Below are positions 51,465 through 64,000 of a DNA stretch of 64,000 bases, piece after piece. This DNA comes from Ophelia neglecta (lineage: Eukaryota), in contig OZ260665.1 of NCBI GenBank assembly GCA_965285935.1, forward strand, positions 34,906,001 through 34,970,000, in the 5' to 3' direction. Every line of letters starts with the position of its first letter. The stretch's first letter is position 1. Under the pieces are notes generated by a model. It was not told the DNA's origin. It did not search any database and was given only the letters and a program-made list of their open reading frames with translations. The position numbers and the translations under genes were made by a program.

Positions 51465-54400
51465 GTAGCCTCCTTCCCCTGCCTAGGCGATTTGCTCCTT
51501 CCCAAGGAGATAAAACCATATTGCCCAAGGCGCTTTTAAAACATTTCTTAACGAGAAAAGAAAACAATAAAGAAAATCGGAAATTGTTCTGAAGTTTGGA
51601 AGACAATGAACCAAATCTGCTCGAAGTGCCATTGACTCACATCAGTGGGCAAGCTACTAGGAAATTTGGATGTTTGGGTTTGTATTTGTGTAGAGGTAAG
51701 CTTAAGCCAAATGTTACTGTCTAGTTTTACTCGGCATAGGCCCACTGAATAGTTCGCAGAAACCTATATTGAAAAACTGTCAAAAGTATGCAATTGCAAT
51801 CACAAAAATATGAAGAAGATGCATCGCATTTTGATGCATCCCATTCCGGGTTTATTTTTTTTTATGGAAATATTCGCGCCATATGTAATCTTCATGTGCT
51901 GATAGACTCAATCACCGGAGGCCGGCAGGGCCTGTTAGTCTCTGGACAAATGAAACAGACAGATTGCATGTTCACATCTGCACATTTCTACCTGATTAAA
52001 GGTGGTTGATGTTTTATAGATCGGCCCATCCATTGTAGCCTGTCTAGCCGTGACCCCTCATTACCTGCCCGGTGACCTCGGATCTTAGTCTACTCAATCC
52101 GTAGACTGTAAGGTGGAACACGTAATGGATCTGCTGATCTATTAATAAACAGCGTGTTAACGGACACAAGTATCTGCCTATCACAGTCATCTGCTGGCTC
52201 TGACGCGATAAATCTATCACGTGACTTAACGAATATTATCATTCATTAAATATAAGGGTCATAATTGGAACTTTTTAAATTATGTCAATATGTTATAAAA
52301 GTCTTCCTTTATTTGTCCTGTTTAATAAGCAATAACTTTGGACCACCCTTAAATGATACACAGCTCTATTTTATTTCACTTACTGCCACTCTGCCTAGTC
52401 TACCTTGAGTACCCTCTCCTCGGCCGAGTGAGATGAATCCTCAGTAATTTGTTTACAGGGACACCACGTTTTATATTCAACCTTTCAAGCTTCATCCTTG
52501 TGGCTGATATGACTTTTTTAATGGTTATCTACATAGCGTTGACAACAATATAAACCTCCTGACAGCAATCTGCACGCTCTGCCCCGACAATAAAACAATG
52601 ATGATAGCATATTTGCACATACAAAACTTAAGCCCCTTTTGCCTATAGATATATATGTATATGCAACTTATGTCTGTACGTCTGTTTTGCCTTTTGGCCT
52701 AAATCTATGACGCAAACTGCATCATTAGCATAAATAGACCTATTTGACATTTAGTTCAAAGACACTATTTAGAATCGTCTGCATGACATTGACAGATCAG
52801 TCCTTGGATGCTGATAATCTGTATGCATATCAGCGCAAATGTTTGCTCACCCCAACCCTTTGTTGTACTATACCTCTATTTTTGATTGAAACTAATAACA
52901 GACCCATCATTGCAACGAGGTCAATACACGGAAGTTACATAAACACGTGATATGAACAGAAAACAGAGAATAATAAAAAGAAGCTATGCAAGTGAATATT
53001 ATCTACAGTTTCCGTTGGCTTAAATTAAGTAACTGACCCTCCTTTTTTCATAGCGTTCTGTATTAAAGAGCCCCAACTGATAAAAGAAATGTTACACATT
53101 TCGTATTTCAACCCGGCTATGTCGAGAAAAATGTTCTAAGTGAGCAATCTGCGGAGCTATATATTTATCGAGGGTGATAACTTATTAACATAACATACCC
53201 TGAAGCATATTCCACAAGGACATATAACATTCAGACTATCATCAAGCAAGTGTAACTTTACAAGGTGGGCAAAAACGCTGAGAAACAGAAAGGAGGAATG
53301 AAGCATCAGACGATGTTCGATCTAAGATACCTGAAAAGTTCGGCCTTGTTGAGTCGACAGAAACAAAGGAACGGAAACAGGAAGGACGTGATAGTTCGCC
53401 TTTTTTCCCGAGGATCAGCTGTCTGTAGTCAAACACAATTTACCCAGCAAATGCCACGATGGACGACCACCCGGCGTTTGTATTTTTAATACGAGAAGGC
53501 TTGATTTCTTTCTTTTTTAATAAGTCAAGGTGGCTTTTAAGGTTTTCGGTGACTTGCGGTAATAGAACAGCCACAGGAAGTACTATAAATGATGTTATAG
53601 GGGGCACTAAAGCTCGGGGTCACTGGGTTCACGCTGCCGACTCGGTAACCCGACAGTCTCTCAGAAACCAAAGTTATAGTCATATTATCTTATAACTCTC
53701 GGCTAGTGATAGCCCAAGTCGTCAAAAGATTGATTTTTCCCCTAATTTCAGATTGCATTACCGGTTGGAAATGGCAGGTTCGCTGTCAGGAAGCCAGCTA
53801 CCTCCAGCAGCATCAGCCTATAGTCCCTACACAAGGCCTAGCAGACGTCTGAGACAAGTACAGTGTATGAACCATATGGAACTAGTCATAATGTACACCT
53901 GTGTTGATATGGGGTCATTAACGAAAGTCAAGAAAATACGGAAAAAAATATAATAGAAATTATGGTACTTTAAATAAATATAAAAAGTTATCTGAATTAC
54001 CCAAGAACCCAAACTAAATGAGTAATCCAGAAAAATGAGCCCGCCTAACTTTTTAGTTTTCACGTGTTAAACGAGAACTCTCTAATTACATAAAGCGAAA
54101 TAAGCGTGGATTTTCCCATTCCTGAAAAACTCATTTTGTTCATTGCTTTTTCTGTGTTACCTTTGAATATACCTGTTCATCAGTCTTTACGTGGTAAAAA
54201 GGTCACACACAAAATATTTCCGGTTTTGCAGGAAAACTATGCCAATGTCAGAGATGCGTTTTTGAAATTCCATGTGCTTTAAATGTTCAGTTTAATCGAC
54301 TTATAAAACATCTCATGATTGAGGTGCGAGGCTTCCAACGATTTAACCATCCCAATCAGTTCACAATGCACTATAGGCCTACATATGCCTATGCATAATG

Positions 54401-54750
54401 CGAAATATTCATCTTAACATCTATAGCCATGGAACTTAAAAGATATGCCGCAGGTATAAGTGTAAATAGTATATTTAATTGCAGGCGCAATAATTCTTTT
54501 ACTCTCGAAAGAAACAAATTGGAAAAATGGGACGAGAGGTAGTTAATTTTAATTCACAACTGTTTTAAAGAGTTGCACGCACGCGCCTTCTAATGTATCG
54601 AGGGTGTGGATTAAACACGTATTCGCACTATTAATTCTTTTTTTTTTTACTGTAGCAAAAAAGTCACATCGTACTAAAGAATAAAAAATTCTACCAGTGG
54701 AAAATGAATGAAAATGAATATTATTAACCAAGAAAGTGTATAGCACTTAC

Positions 54751-54845
54751 GTGATTGTAAATGTTGGTCCGTGGTCTAACATTTGGTAATCCCATGATAT
54801 GTACTTAATCCCTTGGGGTTCTACAATGTCCGGAACATCAGGCAT
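54751..54845 (-). CDS. Candidate alternative first coding exon D (MPDVPDIVEPQGIKYISWDYQMLDHGPTFTI+AC|, phase 2)
   Basis: gaaatcATG (A at -3). 95 nt (31 codons + 2) ending at consensus donor GTAAGT (54750). Found by scanning donors, not from the ORF track. Confidence 0.5.
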
Positions 54846-57800
54846 GATTTCACGTAAATCCTCGTATCAAACAGATTAAAACAGTTATCAAAACTGCCCG
54901 GGACATGTGAGCACCCGCTTCCTCCTCAGACGCAACATAACACGGATGTGTTCCAAAAGCTCGCAATCTTACCTGATTTCTGACTTGTATTCATGATATC
55001 TCTATGTAGATATTGACAAAAAAAGAACTGAAATATAATAACTGTAGGTCGCAATTCAGCGGAGCATCCTTCTTAGAAGCACATACCAAGCTGGAAAAAG
55101 GACATTATTTACACAGCGGCAGAGGAAGTAAAATATACCTGAGCCAGGATATTGGTATAGAGTTGTAGGCCGGCACGGTTATACTTTCTTTATGAACTAC
55201 GATATGACATACAGCAATATCTACATTTCAGTCCACATTTACATCACAAGATTAACTGATACATGCGCCCCGATCCACAGCAGGAGAAGTAAGAAGGTAG
55301 TGGTGTTGTTCATGCAAACTCTTGAGGAAAGCTGGGCGCTTCGTCCCCACCAATGACTTGAGGTGAGTCTGGATAGACTGGATGCCTTCCAACCTTTTCA
55401 CGGCCTCTAAGATTGCTTTTTTTTCGTGGGAGTTGTCAAAGGCAGTAAAAGTAAAGCTCAGTTAGTGGGAAAAGCTATTCAACGAACAAGAGCAGCTCCA
55501 TTAACTCCATTGACTAGAGGAATCGGAGCTACAAGCATGATCTGGTATTCTTAAAGAAAGACCAAGTCCAGCATCTTAATAATAAACAGCAATGAGAATT
55601 AACCATGAGCAATGAGGAAGGCAACATATAGTGACCAGAAGGTTTTTTGATTCAGCACTTAACTATGGACGCTTTAACTTCGAATCGTAACGTTACAACA
55701 GCTACAACCGACAAATTTTGGATGGTTAGCACAGTGTCTGTCCCCCGAACCCTAACCAGAATATCGACAGAGCAACAATCTAGGAATGAAGGCATCAGAT
55801 ATGGTTGGAATCCTCAGCGGCCCAGATCTGCCTGCCAACCGTTTAGACAATAAAAAACAGTGAGTGAAAACAATGAAAAATACTTGATAGGATGGCGTCT
55901 CCCGAGACCCCCGCGATGCTCTGTGTTGTCTTGCTTACTACATACGATTCACGTGTGGCGGAAGAAACTTCTCAACTTTTTCTCCGCAAGGCTCTAATGA
56001 TGACACGGTGCCAATGTCTAAACGGGGTGAATTCCTTTCCCCCCGTTATCGCTGAAAACTTCGTAAAGTTGGTGTCAGGTATATTTTGCTATTGATGGGA
56101 ACGTCGGTCAAAACGTGTGCCGCCACTACCTCTCCTGACAGGTAAGAATTAATCACACGAATCTCTCTAACAGCCAGTCTTTCTTATACACTTGAATGTC
56201 CATGTTGAAAACTTCTTTGATGCGTACCTATAACGGAAGTTGCTCGCCTTTGACAGTTCTAAGGCATATTTTCACGCATGCATGGTCCCAGGTGCATTAG
56301 TCTATGTTTCTCGTGCACTAAGGCCTACACTTTGGGAAACCACTCCATATTCATTGCAACACTTCTCTCTAAGAGGATCGATTCATCATTTGAAGGAATG
56401 TTGATTAGAGGATACGTTTTGAAGTTCCACGTCTGTCCAGAGCCCATTATGCTGCTTAACAACTGAACAGATGTTCAATAAAATGTGTTCAAAGTACGAT
56501 GACACAAACAAAACCTATGAATCTTTTGAAGATGTCGGTTGCCGATACCAAATTAATAGGGAAAGGAGTACTGTTACTGCCAGTTCAAACAAAAATTAAA
56601 CAATTTTAATTTTTATATGTCGTACTGGTGGGAACTTGAGAATTATCTCACAGGGAGAACGATCTTTGGTCTACGTTTCGACCAATAATTCATATAGTTG
56701 CCTTTAGTCCTGATAGATAACTTCTTATAAAAAGTCCACGCTCTCAGCAACTATCGGTGCAATAGGGCCTATATACCGCATGGTAAGAGCACCCAACCGA
56801 TGTAAACTATTACAGTAACAGTGTAGTAGTATTCTGTTACAAATCTGCTTGCAAAAAAAGGTACTCAACCTGGGAACGACAAGCATGTATTACCACGATT
56901 CTTGACAGGCCGATAAACCCTTACACTTCCGTTGATTTTGCAATTAATTCATTTTTTTTCAGATTTTGCACTTGTGTAAACCTAGGTAGGTATCATTAAA
57001 ATTGACAGAATTTTTCAAGTGCAAAAGCCTGTTTGCGTAAATTAACGAAATCGATATTGACTAATATTGAACAGTCTTGGAAATCATTTAAGATATGAAA
57101 CTCAATTCCCTTGCATTTTTCGCGTTATCTGACACTTCAAGGTCATACAAATTCTATGCGCATAAAAAAAAGCTTATAAATACTGAAAATCAGTTCAACA
57201 CTGGTGTGGAGGCATTTGATAAAAGAGGGTATGGCAGAACTTAATGGTTCCAAGTAAACAGACTGCTTCACTCAACCGCCCTCCACAGTTGCTCTCAATA
57301 GACGTACATTAGCCTTTAGACTATTGACGAACTAACGTAAATAATATTCCATGCTGTAAATTTTAAAAAAAATCGAAAATTTCTTTTTTTTTGGATGATT
57401 TAACGTTTAGTCTACACAGAAGGCTACCAGGTTCTAAACTGATAATAAACCAAGAAATCTATTTGATTTACAGTGAAATGTAGACATAAGGATTATAGAT
57501 CCATTGCATCCACTTCAAGTGCCGTAAAAAATCAATTTTTGCATGTACTTAAGTGATTTTATGATGGGCGAAGGTCATCTAACGTTTTTACGACATTCCG
57601 TTTTCCTGCATGACCTAGAGCAATGTGAATATTTAACAGCCCAGACTAATTTACGATACGCCTGCTGAGACTGTAGCCTGAAACTGCTGGAGAGATTCTT
57701 ATATTATCATTTTTTGTTTACTATTGCTATTAAAAATACGCAAATGTTAAAGCTTTGGTTCATAGGAACAAACGGTAATACTTTACATGGCCTATTTAAC

Positions 57801-58225
57801 TTAATTAATGTACAGTTCATCTGACCGATATAAGTGGTAGTGGTAAATCTATAGTTGTTATTGGCTTTTATATTCGTAGGAAAATGGTAAGACGCTCGTT
57901 TTTCCACTTCCGGTTTGAAGTTCCAAGTTTTTAAATGTGCCTGACAACGTCCGATCGATCTGACGACAATGATGTCATGATTTGCTGCCATTCATGAATA
58001 TAATTATGTAGTCATCAGGGTCGCGCAAAATTATTATGCATGTAGCACTACTTGAATAAACTAGTTATTAGTGAACACTTTTATTCGTTGACCTTATTAA
58101 TCTAATTACATGGTGTTCCAGCCTCGGACGAGACGAGACGTAGCAATGACCATTCAGACATGTGTGCCAGTCTAGTAAATATTTAAAGGCTACTGAGAAG
58201 CTACTTCTATCCGGCTTTAGTCAAG

Positions 58226-58251
58226 TGACGTCATGAGGCCTTCCAGCCAAT
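58226..58251. promoter_or_regulatory. Full CRE palindrome plus CCAAT box
   Basis: TGACGTCA at 58226-58233 and CCAAT at 58247-58251. ETS-type CACTTCCGG near 57905. Confidence 0.3.
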
Positions 58252-61200
58252 CCACTACAAGTTCAAATCAATGGGATATGATGTGGACTTCGTGCTGTGC
58301 CTTCAGCTTGGCTGTGTGCCAGTCCTTTACATTTCGTGGCACTAGTAACACCGAGTAAACCCTGCCGAACAGGGCTGTTGTCAGAAAAGATATGGAACCA
58401 AACTCGAAAAAGGGGAAGAGGCATGAAAATGGCGTGTAACTTTCTTTTGTTATTAAACTTATACAGCTTGTTTATCAGATAAAAGAAATAAAATACATGT
58501 TATGTCTTTGGATTCCTTGACGAAAGTTCATTTGGTGCCCAAGGAAGCCTTTATCTTGAATGATCTTCTTCTTATTTACCCAGACACAATATAAAATGAA
58601 AGATTTTAGACTTGAGCATGTTCCTTCAATGGCTTCATTATCATATACACACGTCCGTGTACATGTATACCTAAATCCTACTGCACATGTTAAATACGGT
58701 CCTAGATTTAAAAAAAACTTTGGCATTATCAAACCAAGGTGTAACAGCTTGTCACCTCGAATCCCAGTATCGATATCGTAATCAACCGTGCCAGACGATT
58801 TACATAATGGACCGCTATTCGTGAGATACATTACAGTCATTAACATAGTTTTTTCTCGAAGTCAATAGACCTTTAGCTCTTGAAACTTAAAACCTCGCAT
58901 TTTTTCTTTCTTTTTTGTTGAAGCTTATTGCTTCAAGAAATAACTTAAACTCGTATTAGTAGTTTTAACTGGGGCGCATAAAAATATACATCCCAGCTAC
59001 TGTCGATAAATTCCACTTTCGACGCTTTCAACAAATTGACCCAAGGAGCTCACTTCAATCTCAGCCCGAACGCAAATTTCATGGAAAGTGATTCCGGAAA
59101 CCCAATTGACACCAACTTATCGGAGGCAATAAAGGTGGAAAGATGTTCAGGTTACTACTCTTGGGATTAAACGGATACTCAGGGATAGCAAACTAAAGAG
59201 CCATCTTTTCACCAAGGGTGTCCTTGACGCACTCAATACAACTAAAATTGCGCTGCAATATGGTGTTATTGCCATAAAGCGAACATTCATGCTAGGCCTA
59301 ATGTATCAGTTATGGCTTCAATTTATTCATTGGACGATTGTAATCCATATTAAATTGAACGATAGAACAGCACAACATGAAACTCATTTTAGGAACAAGA
59401 GAAACGAAGCTTTTATTTGTAATTTTTTGATATAAATGAGGAATGTGTTCGCCAAGGTCATGACTTTGTGTCTGTATTTTGCAGATCGAATAAACCGGAA
59501 GAACATCACATCTTCAGCATGCGTAGTCACACATAAAAGTCAATGCCTTAAGTCAGGGAACTTTTTTCAGTATTCATTTCTCGGCAATTTATCCTAGACA
59601 ATCTATCTTTTCTAGTCGCCATCATTGCTTGTCTAGTACGGGTGATAATTGGGTTTCGGGGACTGTTAGCAATTCAGGTCACGACTGTTGAGGGATGTAA
59701 TCTTTGTGTGATGGATCAAACAACATTTCTTTTCCCCTCCACTTCCGTCTTGAGGCTTTCCTCTCGTATCCAATGCCGTGCCAGAAAGCCATGCTATTTT
59801 CTTCAGCTACAAGTATGTGTTTTTTTTGTTGAAACTAATCAGCCGCAATCCAAAGTTTAGATTGTCCTAGGTGCAGAGAAGCCCGCTTCATCCTGCGGTT
59901 TAAAACCTGGCTCTGGCAGTTTTCTCTGTTTTCAGACAGCGAGGGTAAACATAGCACCATTTCTGACACAAGAGTATGTACAGCACAATATATCAAATCG
60001 ATATTGTCTGTTTTTTTAAATTAATGTCGTGCCATTTTCAATTGAAGCCGGACATTGTTTCTAATCTTATATGAAATATAACAATGTAACCAACAGGTTG
60101 ACAAAACTGTCGAAAATTTTGTAAAATATTGTAGAAAATGTATAGTAGAAAATCATTTAGAGATTTCAAAGGACAAGGACATGTATCTATCGATCGTTAC
60201 AGCCGATTCGCAGTCGTAAATATGTTGTTGCCCCGCTCGATCATGGAGGTCTGCATAATGGCCAACTTACAATGACATCACTTACATGACTTGGGTTGTG
60301 GTTGTTTCAGTACTTAGACTTCAATACATAAACAAAGAGCTACACTGCTGGATAATACATACATGGGTTGAGAGACAAGGTATGTAAATAGGGGCCATCT
60401 CTTTTATATACACCTAGGATGAGAAGTCGCCATCGGTCGATTTTAATAGTATATGGTTACAGATACATTTATTGAATATCCACGCAAGAGGGATTTATTC
60501 AATATAGGTCTAAATATACATTGAATAAATAGTTTCACTCTGAACATGGATTCAGGTCTGATTTTCTTACCATTACAAATGATCATCTGTACCGGGACGT
60601 GTAAACCAACCCTAATAATTGGACGCTCAACGACATTTATCAGGTAAATAACTCCCTGAATGCCTCCTGCTGTAAAAAGCGGGTGGCTTTAAATATCCGG
60701 GTCTGAACTCTAGGCAGATTTATTCAGCTTAATAACAAATGTGCCATAAAATTGGAAAACCACTGCAAAATAAACACGTGCTATGTAGTTACTTGTCATG
60801 TCAGTTTCTTCTGAACACCTGATTATATTTTCTGCTGGAAATTTATCAAAGAGATCATCTAATAGATAAATTCCACCTTCTAACTGAATTCTTGTTTTAT
60901 CTTTCAATATTTTTGCACCCAACCTACAGAACCTATTTCTAAGAAATACCATCTGCCCACCACGCGTTTAAAATTATTTAATAACTATATAACAATAATA
61001 GCGTTTTTCAAAGCAGACGTACTATTTCTCGTTGTTCTGTAATTCAGTGAGGTGTTAAGCGTAATTGTCGTTACGGTCCTTCGCCTCGAATCAATCAAAT
61101 GACAAATCGGGTAAAACGAGATATGCTACTTAAAGCTGAGAATTTTAGGACTATGATATCGCGCGGTCCCAGGAACAGACCTCGAATGATGGACAATCGA

Positions 61201-63663
61201 CAACAGCAAGACAACACAGGGTTCAGAGAGAAAACGGCAGCAGACTCCTGGATTTTACTATAACATTTCAATGTAAGGTCATATTCTATAATCATCCAAC
61301 GTGATCGTATCAGCAAATCACATCCAATATGGAAAAACTAAAGAATATATATTACGAAAGTCGCTTAACTTAAGCTACGAAAGCTACATGTATTTCTAGC
61401 TTACACTACAAGAAATTATAACTTAATGTTTCTTTTCTTATTGAGTAAAGTTGTGGTTAAGTACAAAAGTTACGTAAGAATGTACAGGCCGGTTCAGTGA
61501 GGAATAGTAAACACTGTACGTATATCAGACGACAAGATTCACGCGTGCTGCCATCTGACAGATTATTGTTGCACTGTCTATGTTTTAACAACAAATATCG
61601 AATGTCTCTATGGATGAGACTTTTTCAAAATAACTTGAAATTAATTTAGTTTGGAAACCCAACCTGACCATTAAGGTGAAGCCAGAGGAATCATCACTTT
61701 TAATATATGTATATACATACATATATATATATATTAATATGAACAGATGGAGTTTGTGGTGCATGGGTTAATTCACAACACTGATTAAAAGTGATGGACC
61801 ATTCATCTTCTGGTCAGATTTATCCCTCAGAAATATTGCATTACAGTTTTAAAAAGTCAATATCTATATATTCCATTGAGTTTTTAACTACTCAGTACAT
61901 CAGAGATCAACATGCAAATATACAAGAAAACGTCAAGAACTAGCTTTGTTCACTGCACTGGAAATTGATGTGGCAGCTACTATTTTCAATCAGCAAATTA
62001 GCCTTCATCTTAGAGACACCTGATCTCGTGTGAATTATTGACCTACTGACGTTTTATAACTATTTGCAGACGACCTTCTCCGCGTCTGTCTGCGGTATGT
62101 GACATGAAAGAATCCCAGCGCGGGAAGCTCGAGGAGCGGGCGGAGCAGTAAATTGATGGCCGACATTGCTGCATTGAGGTGTCGGGCAGTAGTACTCCGA
62201 CTGACAGTGTTGCTCAGATTTTATACCTCGGGGAGATCGAGGTTCCCTTATCGAAGTTAAGAATTCGACTGTGTATACTGCAGACACAAGACCACAATGG
62301 CTTCCTATAGAGACCGAATGAAAAATACACAAAAGATAGATCACCGTCGAGCAGCTAAGACACAAAGCGAATTGCGGAAAAACAAATCCCTGGAAATGTT
62401 ATGGTTCCCATGTCAGCGTAAAGAACCAATGGGAAAGCGCGGGTGTCTCAATGCCGCTTATCTATGTTTTATATCTCTAAACGCAAAGCAATCAGTCGAA
62501 ATATATCAAAATATGTCAGTTTTATATGATCAATTATCATCTGTATGGCAGAAAGAAAGATAGATAAATTAGTGGCATAAAGTATATCGAGATGTGTACG
62601 CCATAGCAACTCAAAAACAACGCTTCAATTTGAAAACATTTCGTTTTTAGTTTTTTTGGTGTACCAGAGAGCATTTTCTTATTTGCGAATAGTCATACTA
62701 CTATTCTAACGAAAACATCACCACGACTTGCCTTAATTTGTATCCCATGCAAGGCACAAATGATCTGGTTTGGGCAATACTGTCGCTCGAATTTCAAGAA
62801 ATGTTATTCCAAACCTTACCTCTCAAGTGCATGCATGTAATCAGGTCTTATGCATAGGTATAGAAAACATGATTAATAGACAATTACAAGTTTATTATTC
62901 TTATATAGAGTAATCTAGGAGGAGGGAATGTTAGCTGAGACTCCTTCGCCGTGTTACCGCCAAATGCGTTAATTCTGGCCAAAACACGACTGAATGCCAT
63001 GTAGTTTGTAGTTCTATTCAAACTCCATTTAATTTGATGGTATGCATGCTCCAGTGCTAACTATGCAAGAAGTCCAAAACTCAATTTGTCTGTACTGAAT
63101 ATTGAATGAGGGATACCCATCTACGGTCAAGTATAAAATCATTCAGAGTTGTTTTAAATTATAATTAGGATAATTAATTTAATAGGCGCTATGGGACCTT
63201 GAATGAGGTGTAAATTTACAGCAAACAGTTAATTATACCTCATTTTGCTGGGTAAACATTCCTAGAGACTGGCGCCTGAACAATTAATGTGACGTGTAAA
63301 AATTTTGCATCTTTTTAGCATATTGAATAATTGATCATAAAATCCTGAACTTCCATAACAAATAGTTGGTTAAGAACGATAATTTAGTTAAAAATAAACC
63401 CTAGCTGCGCGTGCTCATTTACTGTGTGTGAAACAACAATTAGAATTATATTAAGCCCCTTAAAGGCTGCAAATGGCTTGGGCCTAGGCCAATATAGCTA
63501 TATACGCGTAATTTACCATCTAAAATAGTAGTTTTCGGAAGGGAATTAGTCTCCCGAGTGACAAAAGCAACACATTTGACACAAACACTTCTTAGGGGCT
63601 TATTCGAAATTACCAGAAGAGATGCCAACGAAGAAATAACGTAGAACTCCCTTAAAGCAATAC

Positions 63664-63918
63664 AAATCCAAGATGGCCGCCAATTTGTATCAAATAACTG
63701 AAAGGCTAACCTGATATTCAAATAGAGCTTTACAAAACCAGGGAATCGGCATTTGACATATCAAGGATGTTTGCCATCGCTAAATGCAGGAAGGCAAAAT
63801 TGAAATCAAAACATGGGTGTTCCAGGTCAAACAATTTGAAATCTTACGCATCTAACATATGTGCCATCGCCTAAAACCCCTTTGAAGATCCATGCATCAA
63901 AATCCAAGATGGCCGCCA
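63664..63918 (+). repeat. Probable interspersed-repeat fragment with duplicated aaatccaagatggccgcca motif
   Basis: Identical 19-mer at 63664-63682 and 63900-63918, plus a repeated tgccatcgc between them. May continue past the window end. Confidence 0.45.
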
Positions 63919-64000
63919 TATCCAATGCTGAATATCCTATAAACATCTCTGGGCCTATGAGGAGGTCTAAGTGATGGCAGTAGAAAGGCTGTATGACCCA

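Noticed and set aside
62816-63870. Tiny phase-2 ATG-to-donor units (MHALE near 62.8 kb, MAHMLD near 63.85 kb)
   Set aside because: Only 5-6 codons long. They show the chance background for such patterns, and one lies within a repeat.
1-64000. The 60-135 aa ORFs of the supplied track taken as stand-alone genes
   Set aside because: They are short, often start at GTG/TTG, overlap on both strands and show no recognisable domains, as expected by chance in eukaryotic non-coding DNA.

Overview
This is AT-rich eukaryotic DNA that is almost entirely non-coding. It has no operons, long ORFs, rRNA/tRNA genes or CRISPR arrays, and nearly all ORFs in the supplied track look like chance frames. Poly-G/C tracts, excess TAGGCCTA/TACATGTA words and the MITE types suggest a marine invertebrate, possibly an echinoderm (inference only). 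My best reading is that the window is the large 5' region of one minus-strand gene whose shared exons lie left of position 1. At least four, and possibly up to eight, short exons run from an ATG to a GT donor and all end in phase 2. The best four are 5775-5594, 44477-44290, 46361-46270 and 54845-54751; several lie beside promoter-type motifs. This would be an array of alternative promoters and N-termini. The gene cannot be identified from these exons. Other clear features are a dense RFX X-box cluster (34.3-35.0 kb), an intact 372-bp MITE with a perfect 8-bp TSD, a 30-bp minisatellite, several transposon remnants and hairpins, and a possible pseudoknotted RNA element at 20.6-20.8 kb.
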